From the IMG/VR virus record IMGVR_UViG_2029527006_000005: DNA of 64,000 nucleotides; one strand, 5' to 3'. The translations under genes and the position numbers were made by a program. Source of the DNA: a virus (taxonomy: Duplodnaviria > Heunggongvirae > Uroviricota > Caudoviricetes). Of this stretch, positions 1 through 9,929 are shown piece by piece. Position 1 is the stretch's first letter. Every line of letters begins with the position of its first letter. Below the pieces are notes generated by a model. It was not told the DNA's origin. It was given only the letters and a program-made list of their open reading frames with translations, and did not search any database.

Positions 1-1
1 T

Positions 2-2590
2 GCGACAAATCCAAGTACTCTACCAGTACTAAACAGTACATCTCTAACTGCAACTAATGCAGATATCACAGACCTAACCGTAACTGGAAAATCTGTTGTT
101 GGTGCTGTAACTTCTAGTGGTAAAGTAACTGCTGTTTCTGTTGAAACTGCAACAATCGCAAATGCTGCTGGTATTACACTAGCTAACGATGCAACTGCTG
201 CTGGTGACCTAACAGTTCAAGGAACACTTGTTCTAGCTGGTGGTTTAGACCTATCCGATGTTGATATTACTTCTAAGTCTATTACGACTACTGAAGGTGC
301 AACAATCGGTGGTAACCTATCTGTTGCTGGTACAGTTGACCTAAGTGGTGCTGATGTTACTGCTCTAAGTTTTGTAAGTACTGATGCTGATAAAACTAAC
401 ACATTCCCTAAACTACAATCTTCTGATTCTACTTTGGGTGCTGCGAAATCAACAACTCTAAACGTAACTGGTGTAAGTACCCTAGCTGGTGTTACTGCAA
501 CTACTCTAGATGTTACTGGTGCAAGTACATTTGCTGGCGTAACCGCAAGTGATGTAGCTACCACTACACTAGATGTTTCTGGTTCTGCTGCGTTTGATGG
601 TGGTATTACTTCTGGTAATTCTCAAGTTGAAATCCTTAAAAATACTTCTGTAACTGGTGATCTAAGCGTTTCTGGAACACTAACTGCTGGTGTTATCGAC
701 CTAAGTACTACTGACGTAACTGTTAAGTCTCTTAACTCACTTGGTAATGCTCACGTTGTTGGTGACCTAACTGTTGATGGTCAATTTGACCTAAGCTCTA
801 CTAACCTAGCTGCTCTATCTCTAGCGAGTTCTGGTAACACAACTGTTGGTGCTGACCTAGTTCTAACCACAGGTAACATTACTGGTTCACCAAAAGTTTC
901 TGGTACACTAAACGTAACAGGTGCGACAACCCTAGCTGGTGTTACAACTGGTGCGGCTACACTAAACTCTGCTACAGTAACATCTACTTTAGGTGTAACA
1001 GGTGCGACAACTCTAGCTGGTCTAACCGCTGGTGCTACTGGTGTAACAACCCTAGCAAGTTCAGGTAAAGCAACTCTTAACTCACTAGAAGTAACAAATG
1101 CTTCAGTAATGAAAGGTGACCTAACTGTTGAAGGCACTCTATTACCACAAGGTGGTCTAGATTTATCTGGTGCAGACATTTCTGCAAATAGTCTAGAACT
1201 AGCTGCTGGTGCTACTGTTGGTACTACTCTAGCTGTAACTACTGATGCAACTGTTGGTGGAACTCTAACTGTAACTGGTGCAAGTACTTTAGCTGCTGTA
1301 ACAGCAACTTCCGTAACTGGCTCTGGTGCTGGTAAGTTCGATACCGTAACCTCTGATAATGGTCTAACCGTTACTGCTGGTGGTGCAACTGTAACTGCTG
1401 GTGACCTAACCGTGACTGCTGGGAACATTGTTCAAAGTGGTGCGGCGAGTGCAACTGCTTCATTCAAGAAAACTGCTACTACAAACCTACATGTAGGTTC
1501 ACTAGTATGGGATGAAAGTAAGTACATTGCTGAAGTTGGTGGTGCTGTTCATATTAGTGGTGATCTAGACGTTGATGGTACTATTAACGCTGCGATTAAC
1601 TTAACTGGTCGTGATATTGCTCCACGTAGTATTGCAACTTCACAAGATATTACAGTTGGTACTACACTAGATGTAACTGGTCAGGCAACAATGGCATCTG
1701 CTATTATCGGTGAAGATGGTTCCCCTAACAACAACCTACAAGTTAACGGAAACGTTGTTTGTACTGGAAACTTTACTGTTCAGGGTCTAATCATTGGTAC
1801 ACTAGATCAGTCTACTTCTGATATTACAGTTAAGTCTGTAACAGCGACTACTTTCGTTAAAGGGGCAACTCTAGAAAGTACTGGTATCGCTACTATCGGT
1901 GGTAAACTAACCGTTAGTGCTGGTGGTGCTGCTGTAACTGGTGGAACTACATCTGATACACTAACTACTACTGGTATCGCAACTATTGGTGGTAAGTTGA
2001 CTGTTAGTGCTGGTGGTGCTGCTGTAACTGGTGGTCTAGCTTCTGATACTCTAACTGTAACTGGTCTAAGTACTCTAGCTGCTGTTAACGCAACTAACGT
2101 ATCTGCAAGTGGAACTCTAGCTGTAACCGGAACTTCTGCCTTTACTGGTAAAGTAACTGCTGCTGACCTAGAAAGTACTGGCACAATCACTGCTAATAAC
2201 TTAACTGTTACTGGTACATTGACTACTGATATTGCTGACCTAGTAACTGAATCTGTAACTACCAATCGTTATGCTGTTAAAGCTAAAGCAATGGAAAGTG
2301 TTGGTGCAACTTGGACTCCAGATGGTTCTAGTAACGTTTATAACATTACTCTAACTGCTGCATCCTTGACTATCCCATCATTCCCATACACTGTTGGTGA
2401 AGCTGGTTCTTGGTTCATCTATGTTACACAAGATGCTACTGGTGGTCGTACTATTAACTGGAACGCACCATTCGGTGTTGTTGGTGATAGTGAAATTAAC
2501 GGTACTGAAAACTCTGTATCCATCTGTCAAGTTGTTTACAGCGGTGTTGGTGACCGTCTAGATGTGTTCATTGCACAACGTAACCTATAA
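2..2590 (+). CDS. Long tail-fibre/virion fibre protein, 5'-truncated by window edge
   Basis: Frame is open from base 2 (ATNPSTLPVL...), so the track's TTG start at 434 is not the true start. T/G/A/V-rich beta-strand repeats; C-terminal QDATGGRTINW-type phage fibre tip. Confidence 0.75.
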   Translation, partial: ATNPSTLPVLNSTSLTATNADITDLTVTGKSVVGAVTSSGKVTAVSVETATIANAAGITLANDATAAGDLTVQGTLVLAGGLDLSDVDITSKSITTTEGATIGGNLSVAGTVDLSGADVTALSFVSTDADKTNTFPKLQSSDSTLGAAKSTTLNVTGVSTLAGVTATTLDVTGASTFAGVTASDVATTTLDVSGSAAFDGGITSGNSQVEILKNTSVTGDLSVSGTLTAGVIDLSTTDVTVKSLNSLGNAHVVGDLTVDGQFDLSSTNLAALSLASSGNTTVGADLVLTTGNITGSPKVSGTLNVTGATTLAGVTTGAATLNSATVTSTLGVTGATTLAGLTAGATGVTTLASSGKATLNSLEVTNASVMKGDLTVEGTLLPQGGLDLSGADISANSLELAAGATVGTTLAVTTDATVGGTLTVTGASTLAAVTATSVTGSGAGKFDTVTSDNGLTVTAGGATVTAGDLTVTAGNIVQSGAASATASFKKTATTNLHVGSLVWDESKYIAEVGGAVHISGDLDVDGTINAAINLTGRDIAPRSIATSQDITVGTTLDVTGQATMASAIIGEDGSPNNNLQVNGNVVCTGNFTVQGLIIGTLDQSTSDITVKSVTATTFVKGATLESTGIATIGGKLTVSAGGAAVTGGTTSDTLTTTGIATIGGKLTVSAGGAAVTGGLASDTLTVTGLSTLAAVNATNVSASGTLAVTGTSAFTGKVTAADLESTGTITANNLTVTGTLTTDIADLVTESVTTNRYAVKAKAMESVGATWTPDGSSNVYNITLTAASLTIPSFPYTVGEAGSWFIYVTQDATGGRTINWNAPFGVVGDSEINGTENSVSICQVVYSGVGDRLDVFIAQRNL
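1879..2035 (+). repeat. 90-bp-period intragenic duplication (TGIATIGGKLTVSAGGAAVTGG x2)
   Basis: Two near-identical DNA units 90 bp apart with synonymous differences. Confidence 0.85.
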
Positions 2591-2614
2591 TAGTAAACTA
2601 AGGAGAATAAATCA

Positions 2615-3247
2615 ATGATTTATGTAGCAGTAACTAAAAACGAATCAGGTGAATATGAAATTCTTAAAACCCTAACAAGCGTTATCAACCAACGTAGCCA
2701 TATTACTGGCACTACAATTGGTAACGTAACCTACCTAGACGCCGCAGGGCGTCTAGAACATGGCTTCTGGGAACAGGAAGATTTATACATCGATACTGGT
2801 GAATTCAAAGAATTTGATCGTAAAGAAGTTGAGTTTGATGATGTTGACGCTCGTGTAACCAATTCATATTTCTATAAACTAATGGATCTAGCTATAATTC
2901 GTGATGAAATGAAAAATCGTGTTCGTTCTTACCGTTCACAATTATCAACAAGTCAATACACTAAAGATGACAAAGTTTATGACATTTCTTCAGAAGGTCG
3001 TTTGGAACTACAAGGTCTAGTACTAGAATCTTTACTTGATTCTACTATTCAAAGTGTTTCAATGCGTTTACCAAGTGGTGAAGATGTAGAATTAACTGTA
3101 GCAGATCTTAAAGCTCTCTACCTTGAAATTGCATTATACCGCGATGGCTTGTTTGATACCGAAGCCCAACTTATGAGTGCAATTGATGCAGCGGCTGACT
3201 ACGAAGCAATTCGTGCAGCAGCAGTATGGGGCGACCAACCTCTCTAA
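2615..3247 (+). CDS. Tail-fibre-associated protein (DUF4376-like C-terminus)
   Basis: AGGAG RBS; follows fibre gene; helical C-terminus ending ...AIDAAADYEAIRAAAVW. Confidence 0.6.
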   Translation: MIYVAVTKNESGEYEILKTLTSVINQRSHITGTTIGNVTYLDAAGRLEHGFWEQEDLYIDTGEFKEFDRKEVEFDDVDARVTNSYFYKLMDLAIIRDEMKNRVRSYRSQLSTSQYTKDDKVYDISSEGRLELQGLVLESLLDSTIQSVSMRLPSGEDVELTVADLKALYLEIALYRDGLFDTEAQLMSAIDAAADYEAIRAAAVWGDQPL

Positions 3248-3250
3248 AAC

Positions 3251-3278
3251 AAAAAAGACCGCTTAAGCGGTCTTTTTT
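3251..3278 (+). terminator. Intrinsic terminator
   Basis: AAAAAAGACCGC-TTAA-GCGGTCTTTTTT. Confidence 0.85.
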
Positions 3279-3346
3279 ATTACCTACAACAAATGAGCTA
3301 TTATAGGGTAAATAATGATATATGAGCATATTCTGAGGAATTTTTA

Positions 3347-5296
3347 ATGACAAGTATACAAACAATTAAAGGTGCTAATGGCGTTATTATTAGTAGTAAT
3401 GCATTTTTAGAAATGCCAAAAGCTCCAACAAAAGTAACACAAGATCCTATCCGTAAAGGTATGTTTCGATATAACTTAGCATGGAAAGCGTTCGAAGGTG
3501 TTATAGATTTCGATGATGGTACTGTAGCTTATAGACGTTTTGCACAACTGGATTCAAATGGACGATTACTTACTTCACAACTACCAGATAACGTAACAAG
3601 TGGGATGGTTTATGCAGGTACTTATGATGCATATCAAGATGATATCGATCCTCCATTTACATATGCAGCACTACCAGCACCATCAACTACAATGAGTGGT
3701 AATTATTACATCTCTCGTGGTATTATGGACCAAGCAACCAAACACTTGGCAGCTAACCCAACATCAAGTGCTTTTGTTATCTTTACACCAACTAATGCGA
3801 TGGGTAACTGGACACAAATAAAATATTATGTTGGTAAAGATCCAAGTACTGGTACAAATACAATAGTAACTTATGCATTTGCACGTATCATCGTTGGTAG
3901 TATTCCAACAACTGGTCACGCTGGCCTAATTGCATTAGCTAATGGTAACGCAGAACTAACCGCAGCTTTTACTAACGTAAACAACCCTTCAATTGAATTG
4001 GGTTTGTGTGATTCGGATTGGATTATTTTCTCCAATACTAGTGTTCAACGTTTACGTCAAAACCGTGTCAGTATTATGGCATCTTCTGTGTCATATGACA
4101 ATACCATTATCGCTTCAGTTAAACGTCAGTTCGTTACTAGCAACAGTACAGCACAAGGTGTCATAGATAACCTCGCTATATACGGCCTACGACGCACAGG
4201 CGACTCCATGACGAACGATGGGACTGCTGGTGCAGGTCGCCTAGGGGTAACGTATGGTACTGCCACAGCCCCTTCTATCGCGTTTAATGACGGTAACAGC
4301 GATCCTGATTTGAATAGTGGTATGATTCCGAGTCAATGGACTGATACCAGTACTGGTATTTTCCGTCAAGCCGCTGGTAGTATAGGTTTTTCTAGTACAG
4401 GTGTTGAAAAGGTTCGTATTAATAGTATTGGTATGATTCTTTTACAGGCAGGTAACGTAAACGTTGCTACTAATCCTGCATTCCAATTCCAAGGTGCAGG
4501 TAACACAGTAAACTCTGGTATTTCTGGAATAAACAACACCATCACATTTAGTGTAAATGGAAAGAATCAAGTTGAGATTAAAGATGCGTCATCATTATTC
4601 CACGGTTCAGTTACAATCGATACTAATTTATTAGTGAGTGGTAATGCTACAGTAAATGGTAATGGTTCTATTTTAGGAAATACAATTTTAGGTGATGCAT
4701 CTAGTGATACACTAACCGTAAATGCTACTAGTACATTCCAAGCTAATACCGTGTTCAATGGAACATCGAATAGATTCAAGAATATTAATATGATGCCTAG
4801 TGGTGTCTTTACATTTGAAGGTACTAACCCTACTGCCATTGTACAAGAAGCTACTAACTTAAGATTGAATATGTCTGCATTTTCTGATGTAACAATCAAC
4901 GATGGTTCAACTGTTCGTACTAAAGTAAACCGTTATGGTGTTAAACTTCCAGTACTAAATCCTATTGACAACGCAGTTGGTGAGGATGGTATGATTGCAT
5001 ACAGTTCTCAACGTAATACCGTTATGCAAAAAGCAAATGGTCAATGGACCACCGTTTCAGGTGGTGGCGTTGAGCAAGCCTTTACTACTTCTTCATGGGT
5101 ATTGAGTGGTTCATTCTACACTTATACAATTACTGGTACAAATATTCAAAGTGTTGAAGTACAAGAACAAATAGGTTCAAACTTTAATATCGTTGAGGTT
5201 GACAGTGTTGTAATTTCACCAACAAACGCAGTTCTTTCGATTCCATCTTCACCAGATGTTCGATTTGCTGGTCGAGCTATTATAACATATAGATAA
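3347..5296 (+). CDS. Virion structural/tail fibre protein
   Basis: GTATAPSIAF and DTSTGIFRQAAGSIGFS fibre-type motifs; TAAATA late-type box at 3309-3314. Confidence 0.65.
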   Translation: MTSIQTIKGANGVIISSNAFLEMPKAPTKVTQDPIRKGMFRYNLAWKAFEGVIDFDDGTVAYRRFAQLDSNGRLLTSQLPDNVTSGMVYAGTYDAYQDDIDPPFTYAALPAPSTTMSGNYYISRGIMDQATKHLAANPTSSAFVIFTPTNAMGNWTQIKYYVGKDPSTGTNTIVTYAFARIIVGSIPTTGHAGLIALANGNAELTAAFTNVNNPSIELGLCDSDWIIFSNTSVQRLRQNRVSIMASSVSYDNTIIASVKRQFVTSNSTAQGVIDNLAIYGLRRTGDSMTNDGTAGAGRLGVTYGTATAPSIAFNDGNSDPDLNSGMIPSQWTDTSTGIFRQAAGSIGFSSTGVEKVRINSIGMILLQAGNVNVATNPAFQFQGAGNTVNSGISGINNTITFSVNGKNQVEIKDASSLFHGSVTIDTNLLVSGNATVNGNGSILGNTILGDASSDTLTVNATSTFQANTVFNGTSNRFKNINMMPSGVFTFEGTNPTAIVQEATNLRLNMSAFSDVTINDGSTVRTKVNRYGVKLPVLNPIDNAVGEDGMIAYSSQRNTVMQKANGQWTTVSGGGVEQAFTTSSWVLSGSFYTYTITGTNIQSVEVQEQIGSNFNIVEVDSVVISPTNAVLSIPSSPDVRFAGRAIITYR

Positions 5297-5297
5297 T

Positions 5298-5329
5298 AAA
5301 AAAAGGAGCCTTTCGGCTCCTTTCTTTTT
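5298..5329. terminator. Bidirectional terminator between convergent genes
   Basis: A7-GGAGCC-TTTC-GGCTCC-T-rich. Confidence 0.85.
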
Positions 5330-6260
5330 AAATTGCCATTGGTGCTTTGATAGTTGCATCTGGATTATAATTTTCAAGTTTGAAAGAATCCATAGTAAAG
5401 CAGTCAATGTCGGTGATGGTTTTATCAATCCATAATGTAGGTAGTTCTTTTGGTTCACGCTGTAGTTGTTCTTTAACTGCGTCCAAATGGTTTGCATAAA
5501 TGTGGCAATCACCACCAATCCAAATAAACTCACCAACCTCTAGACCACAAACTTGTGCTAGCATATGAGTTAGTAGAGAATAACTTGCAATGTTAAATGG
5601 TACACCCAAGAATAAATCCGCACTGCGTTGATATAGAGTACAAGATAGCTTTCCATCAACTACAAAGAACTGAGAGAATGAGTGACATGGTGGTAGTGCC
5701 ATTTTATCCAAATCACCAACATTCCATGCGGATAGAATGTGACGGCGACCGTATGGATCATTCTGTAGACCATCGATTAGTACTGCAATTTGGTCAATAA
5801 CACGTTTCATTACATATAAACCACTAACAGTTTGCTCAACCATATTGTATCCTAGTTCAGTGTGTTTTACCACTTCACCATAGATAGAAGGTAGAATAAC
5901 TACATCTTCCCATTCACGCCATTGCTTGCCATATACTGGCCCTAGTTTACCATTATTGTATCCTAGTGCACGACCTTGATTTTCATAGTTGTCAGTCCAG
6001 ATTGTACGTTTAGCTTCATCACGAGTACCGTAAAGAATTTCACAAAGGCGGCGTTCATCTTGTGAACCTTCAAGGAACCATAGTAGTTCTGAAGACATTG
6101 CTTTCCACGCTAAACGTTTGGTAGTTGTTGCTGGAAAACCTTTTTGGAGATCAAAACGCATTTGTTGACCAATTAGTTTATAGGTTCCTGTGCCAGTACG
6201 GTCAGCACTGTATTTCCCTTCTTCAAGTACTTTCTTGTATAGTTCGTGTAATTGTTGCAT
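5328..6260 (-). CDS. thyA: Thymidylate synthase
   Basis: DRTGTGT, ELLWFL, MALPPCH, YQRSADLFLGVPFNIASY, HIY motifs; uninterrupted. Confidence 0.98.
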   Translation of the reverse strand: MQQLHELYKKVLEEGKYSADRTGTGTYKLIGQQMRFDLQKGFPATTTKRLAWKAMSSELLWFLEGSQDERRLCEILYGTRDEAKRTIWTDNYENQGRALGYNNGKLGPVYGKQWREWEDVVILPSIYGEVVKHTELGYNMVEQTVSGLYVMKRVIDQIAVLIDGLQNDPYGRRHILSAWNVGDLDKMALPPCHSFSQFFVVDGKLSCTLYQRSADLFLGVPFNIASYSLLTHMLAQVCGLEVGEFIWIGGDCHIYANHLDAVKEQLQREPKELPTLWIDKTITDIDCFTMDSFKLENYNPDATIKAPMAI

Positions 6261-6549
6261 TTTCTTTCCTTAGTTTATAAATCTCTTCCTTGAGACATTT
6301 GATAGTATAATGACTATCTTCAAGTTGTTGTTTGAAATTGTACCGAATATCGGACATTTCAGCTTCCATTCTTTGGTTTTCTGCATCAGTACCATCAACT
6401 GTGCCTTTCTCGTAACCTTCTTCTAGGCCACGCTCGTAACCTTCTTTTTCTGCTGCTTCTGAACCGTCTTTATGACCATCAGCATATCCTTCATTGAATC
6501 CATCGTGTTTACCAGATTCATATCCAGCATCCCAATTTTCATCTTGCAT
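6223..6549 (-). CDS. Hypothetical protein with GxxxG (Yae1/FliH-like) repeats
   Basis: GYESG/GFNEG/GYERG/GYEKG repeats; ATG with GAGG RBS at 6549. Confidence 0.6.
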   Translation of the reverse strand: MQDENWDAGYESGKHDGFNEGYADGHKDGSEAAEKEGYERGLEEGYEKGTVDGTDAENQRMEAEMSDIRYNFKQQLEDSHYTIKCLKEEIYKLRKENATITRTIQEST

Positions 6550-6556
6550 AATTACC

Positions 6557-7147
6557 TCATTTGAAATAAGTACAGAAACTATCCATATCAATTTTGGTTG
6601 CAGACCTAGAACCAATACCTGTCCATCTACCATGTGGTTCAGGCACTTCCTTAACTTCTACGAAAGTTTTAGTACTGCAATCGTAAATGTAAGGTTTGTT
6701 ATCTAGTAGGTTGTAGATATAGATTTCTGGGTTTTCGCACGAGTCGATGTACATTTGAACAGCCCAAGCCGTTCCACCATCAACTTCATCAGGTGCAGTA
6801 ATTTTAGCTAATGCGTAGATTCTTTCTGATACTGCGATCTGGAAAGAGTTACGAGCTAAAAGGTTATAAACGTATGAGTTCTTTGGTGGAACTTTACGTC
6901 TTAGTTTTACATTTGCCATGCATAGTTTTGAGAATACTACATCATCTGATAGTATTTCGTTAGGTAGTTCCACAACTGTTGCTTCGTCTACGTGGTACTT
7001 GTGTCCTTTGAAGGAGAAGTGAATTTCTTCATGACCTTTCCAAGAAGCCCACAAACCAAAAAGGCGGTCAGCTCCCGCTGCACCGCCGCTATAACAAACG
7101 TTTTGGAACTCTAACAAACAGTTAGTGAGTTCGGTTATCGTCATCAT
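6557..7147 (-). CDS. SLOG-superfamily (YspA/DprA-like Rossmannoid) protein
   Basis: CYSGGAAGAD, ARN and GGTAWAV motifs. Confidence 0.55.
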   Translation of the reverse strand: MMTITELTNCLLEFQNVCYSGGAAGADRLFGLWASWKGHEEIHFSFKGHKYHVDEATVVELPNEILSDDVVFSKLCMANVKLRRKVPPKNSYVYNLLARNSFQIAVSERIYALAKITAPDEVDGGTAWAVQMYIDSCENPEIYIYNLLDNKPYIYDCSTKTFVEVKEVPEPHGRWTGIGSRSATKIDMDSFCTYFK

Positions 7148-7439
7148 TTGAATCCAATTTGTTAAGTAAATCTTTAAGTTTATCATCTTCCAACGAGAAA
7201 CTAGTTTCTAGTGCAGCTAGTAGAACAGCAGATACTTTAATAAGGGATTCTCTGAATTCTTCAAAAGAAACGTGTTTATCTGGTCGAGAGGCAGATTCAA
7301 AAAGATAGTATCCAGCAAGTGCTGTCCAATCATTTTTGGTCTTTAGAGTATCAGATAGAGTCGTTGGTGACTCTATCTGTCTTTGTCTCTCTTCGATAAT
7401 CAAGTTAATGATATCTTCGCGAGTAATCTTATTTTTCAC
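7122..7439 (-). CDS. Hypothetical protein (possibly MazG-like helical)
   Basis: IEERQRQ N-terminal motif; LIKVSAVLLAALE. Confidence 0.5.
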   Translation of the reverse strand: MKNKITREDIINLIIEERQRQIESPTTLSDTLKTKNDWTALAGYYLFESASRPDKHVSFEEFRESLIKVSAVLLAALETSFSLEDDKLKDLLNKLDSNDDDNRTH

Positions 7440-8073
7440 TACGTTCTTTTAGTGCTTTCTTTAGAATTTCGATTGCTTTAGTCTGAGAAGTACCATCAGG
7501 AATGGTGATGGTTAGTGGCTGATTAGGATCAGCTTCAATCACTTGTACTTGAGGACGAAGTGAAGGTTCTAGGCTATAAGCACGTTCGAAAGTTTCTTTA
7601 GCTAGTTGTTCATACTGTGCTGCATCGGCAAGTAGTTTACCAACAATACCACCAGTTTCGGTGAATTGGGTTTCTGATTTATCCCAAGGGTTAAAATCTT
7701 TTACTTTACCATCAGTATAAGTGGATTGTGCTACTAACTGATCATTTAGTACATCAAGTGCAATTTTAGCACCATTGCCGATGTGCATATCAATATCAGT
7801 AGTTTTTAGTTTACGTAGGTAACCTAGATTATGTAGAACGTCTAGCATTTTACGACCATCTAGTACTCCAACTTTGTCCATAACGTCCCATAGTTCTAGG
7901 GATGCTTGACCGCGACCCATTACTAGGTCAACAACAAAGTTCGCATATTGTTCTGGTAGAGAATCTTGATAAATTACCAAGCAATCATTTACTGAATCAG
8001 GTAGTTGTCTCCAAACAATGAAAACACGTGAGCCAGTGGAACGGACAACACCGCAGTGACGAGTAACAGCCAT
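7429..8073 (-). CDS. Hypothetical phage protein
   Basis: Long ORF, AGGGG RBS, phage-typical codon usage. Confidence 0.7.
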   Translation of the reverse strand: MAVTRHCGVVRSTGSRVFIVWRQLPDSVNDCLVIYQDSLPEQYANFVVDLVMGRGQASLELWDVMDKVGVLDGRKMLDVLHNLGYLRKLKTTDIDMHIGNGAKIALDVLNDQLVAQSTYTDGKVKDFNPWDKSETQFTETGGIVGKLLADAAQYEQLAKETFERAYSLEPSLRPQVQVIEADPNQPLTITIPDGTSQTKAIEILKKALKERSEK

Positions 8074-8074
8074 A

Positions 8075-8332
8075 TTATTCCCCTTTATTATCTGCGGCGG
8101 TATCTTGTGCTTCAACTTCTTTGTCAGCAGCTTCAGCAGCTTCAACTTGAGCGTTATGCTGTTCGATTAGCTGGTTAGCAACTGTGATGAAACGAGCAAC
8201 AACAGGGGTTACTTCTACTAGGTCTTCTACGGAGAAAGCATTAGCTTTAACTGCTTGTTCCATGATTTTTGCAGCGTTGATGATATCAACGATATCAATG
8301 GAAATTCCGGTTGGTTGATTTTCAGTACTCAT
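8075..8332 (-). CDS. Hypothetical protein
   Basis: First gene downstream of a GGGACA promoter; GGAG RBS. Confidence 0.65.
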   Translation of the reverse strand: MSTENQPTGISIDIVDIINAAKIMEQAVKANAFSVEDLVEVTPVVARFITVANQLIEQHNAQVEAAEAADKEVEAQDTAADNKGE

Positions 8333-8371
8333 AATTTTATACACTCCATGTATTATTTTGTCTTACAACTT

Positions 8372-8400
8372 ATTATATCACATTTTTCTTGCTTTGTCCC
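8372..8400 (-). promoter_or_regulatory. GGGACA-N17-TATAAT promoter (copy 1)
   Basis: GGGACA aagcaagaaaaaTGTGa TATAAT. Confidence 0.8.
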
Positions 8401-8445
8401 AAGAAAAACGCAAAAGGCACAATCAATGTGCCTTTTATTTACTTC

Positions 8446-9873
8446 TTAACGAGTTTTAGCTTTTTCGGCTTCCCACTCGTAGTGTACAGTTTCACCAAAT
8501 GGTGCTTCTTTCTTAGGGTTAGAGTGAATCACAAAAAGAGTTTTGCAATAATCAGGGTCACCCCAAGAGTTCCAAGGTTCACCATCAGTAAACATGATTA
8601 GCTGTTTAGGCTTATAATCATCTTGCTTCATGTGTTCCCAAACTGCTTGGAAATCAGTACCACCACCACCATGAATTGGGTATTCTAGAATCTTCTTCTC
8701 GTCACCAGTTTTATAGTCTTTTACGGTGTATACTGCTGTATCAAATGTCATGATACGGATTTTGAATTGTTTGAATTGCTTAGTGATACCTAGTACTTCA
8801 CCAATGAAGTCTTTTAGCATTTCAGTACTAATAGACCCAGAGGCATCTAGTGCAATTGCAATATCAATATCTTCGTCAGGCTTTAGGCCGGGGAAGATAG
8901 GACAACCATAGAACGAACCCGATGTACCGAAACCAGTACTCCAAGAACGGCGGCTAGGTGTCATAAAGGATGCATCACTCTTCATCCACGACCGTAGTGT
9001 ACGAGCTAGTTTAGCTCTCCAGTCGATTTTAGGCTCTTGGAAGTCTTTAATCATACGCTGAATCTCAGCAGGTGCATTACCAGCACGTGCAGCATTCATC
9101 ATTGCGGTTTTAAAGTCTTCCATATATTCTTTGCGTTTGTCGCCGTCGATTGGATTACCTTCAGCATCTTTTGCTTTCCCCTCGTCAGGGATATCATGCT
9201 GGTCTACAGTACCCCCGCCGCCAAATGTACCACGGAACTTGCCTTGACCTTTGCCGCTTCCACCTTGGCCTTGTCCATCACCTTCACCGTCGCCATCACC
9301 TTCCCCATCGCCTTCGCCTTGGTTCTGCTGTGCTTCTTCTAGGATGATAGTGTAAATTTCTTCAGCCGTTTTACCATCATATTTTTTGTCAAATAGCCAA
9401 GTATCTTGGATTTGACCAATTTTTTCACGGACTAGAATCTGGTTAATTGCGTAGTCTGCTGCTACGTTCCATGCTTTAGGATCACGGTTACCACGGCGTA
9501 GGAAGTGGTCATAAGCACAGTGTAGGATTTCATGGCAAATTACAGCAATTAGGTTCTGGTCCGATAGACCATTCATTGAACTCGCTACTTGCTCATCCGT
9601 GATATCTGGAATTGCATCGCGAAGTTTCTTTTCGTACTCAGCACGTTTGGATTCATCCTGTAGACCCATAACGAATTCTACGTTATAGAACAAGTGACGA
9701 CCATCAACTGCCATTGTACGACACCAAGTATTATTCGGTACTGGACGTAGACGTGAAGCTAGTACACCAAAGAATGGATTACCAAGCATCAAAGAAGTAC
9801 GAGCAAGAATCATACGGTTGATACATTCTTTTAGTACTTCAGGAGCTACATCAAGATTATTAGTAGTGGACAT
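8446..9873 (-). CDS. DUF2201-type metallopeptidase + vWA domain protein
   Basis: TMAVDG, HEILH (HExxH), WNVAADYAIN, DASGS MIDAS, GGGGTDF, FTDG. Confidence 0.88.
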   Translation of the reverse strand: MSTTNNLDVAPEVLKECINRMILARTSLMLGNPFFGVLASRLRPVPNNTWCRTMAVDGRHLFYNVEFVMGLQDESKRAEYEKKLRDAIPDITDEQVASSMNGLSDQNLIAVICHEILHCAYDHFLRRGNRDPKAWNVAADYAINQILVREKIGQIQDTWLFDKKYDGKTAEEIYTIILEEAQQNQGEGDGEGDGDGEGDGQGQGGSGKGQGKFRGTFGGGGTVDQHDIPDEGKAKDAEGNPIDGDKRKEYMEDFKTAMMNAARAGNAPAEIQRMIKDFQEPKIDWRAKLARTLRSWMKSDASFMTPSRRSWSTGFGTSGSFYGCPIFPGLKPDEDIDIAIALDASGSISTEMLKDFIGEVLGITKQFKQFKIRIMTFDTAVYTVKDYKTGDEKKILEYPIHGGGGTDFQAVWEHMKQDDYKPKQLIMFTDGEPWNSWGDPDYCKTLFVIHSNPKKEAPFGETVHYEWEAEKAKTR

Positions 9874-9896
9874 ATCAAAATTCCTCTTGTTGGATT

Positions 9897-9922
9897 AAAA
9901 GAGGATGGCAACTGCCATCCTC
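9897..9922 (-). terminator. Hairpin/terminator between ATPase and vWA genes
   Basis: GAGGATGGCA-GT-TGCCATCCTC-TTTT on minus strand. Confidence 0.65.
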
Positions 9923-9929
9923 ATACTTC

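Noticed and set aside
217-2265. Minus-strand ORFs 217-564, 781-1428, 1807-2265 and similar antisense ORFs elsewhere
   Set aside because: Shadows of strongly biased sense genes; no RBS or motifs.
5328-6260. Possible group I intron in thyA (as in T4 td) or in nrdD
   Set aside because: Both reading frames are continuous with all motifs present.
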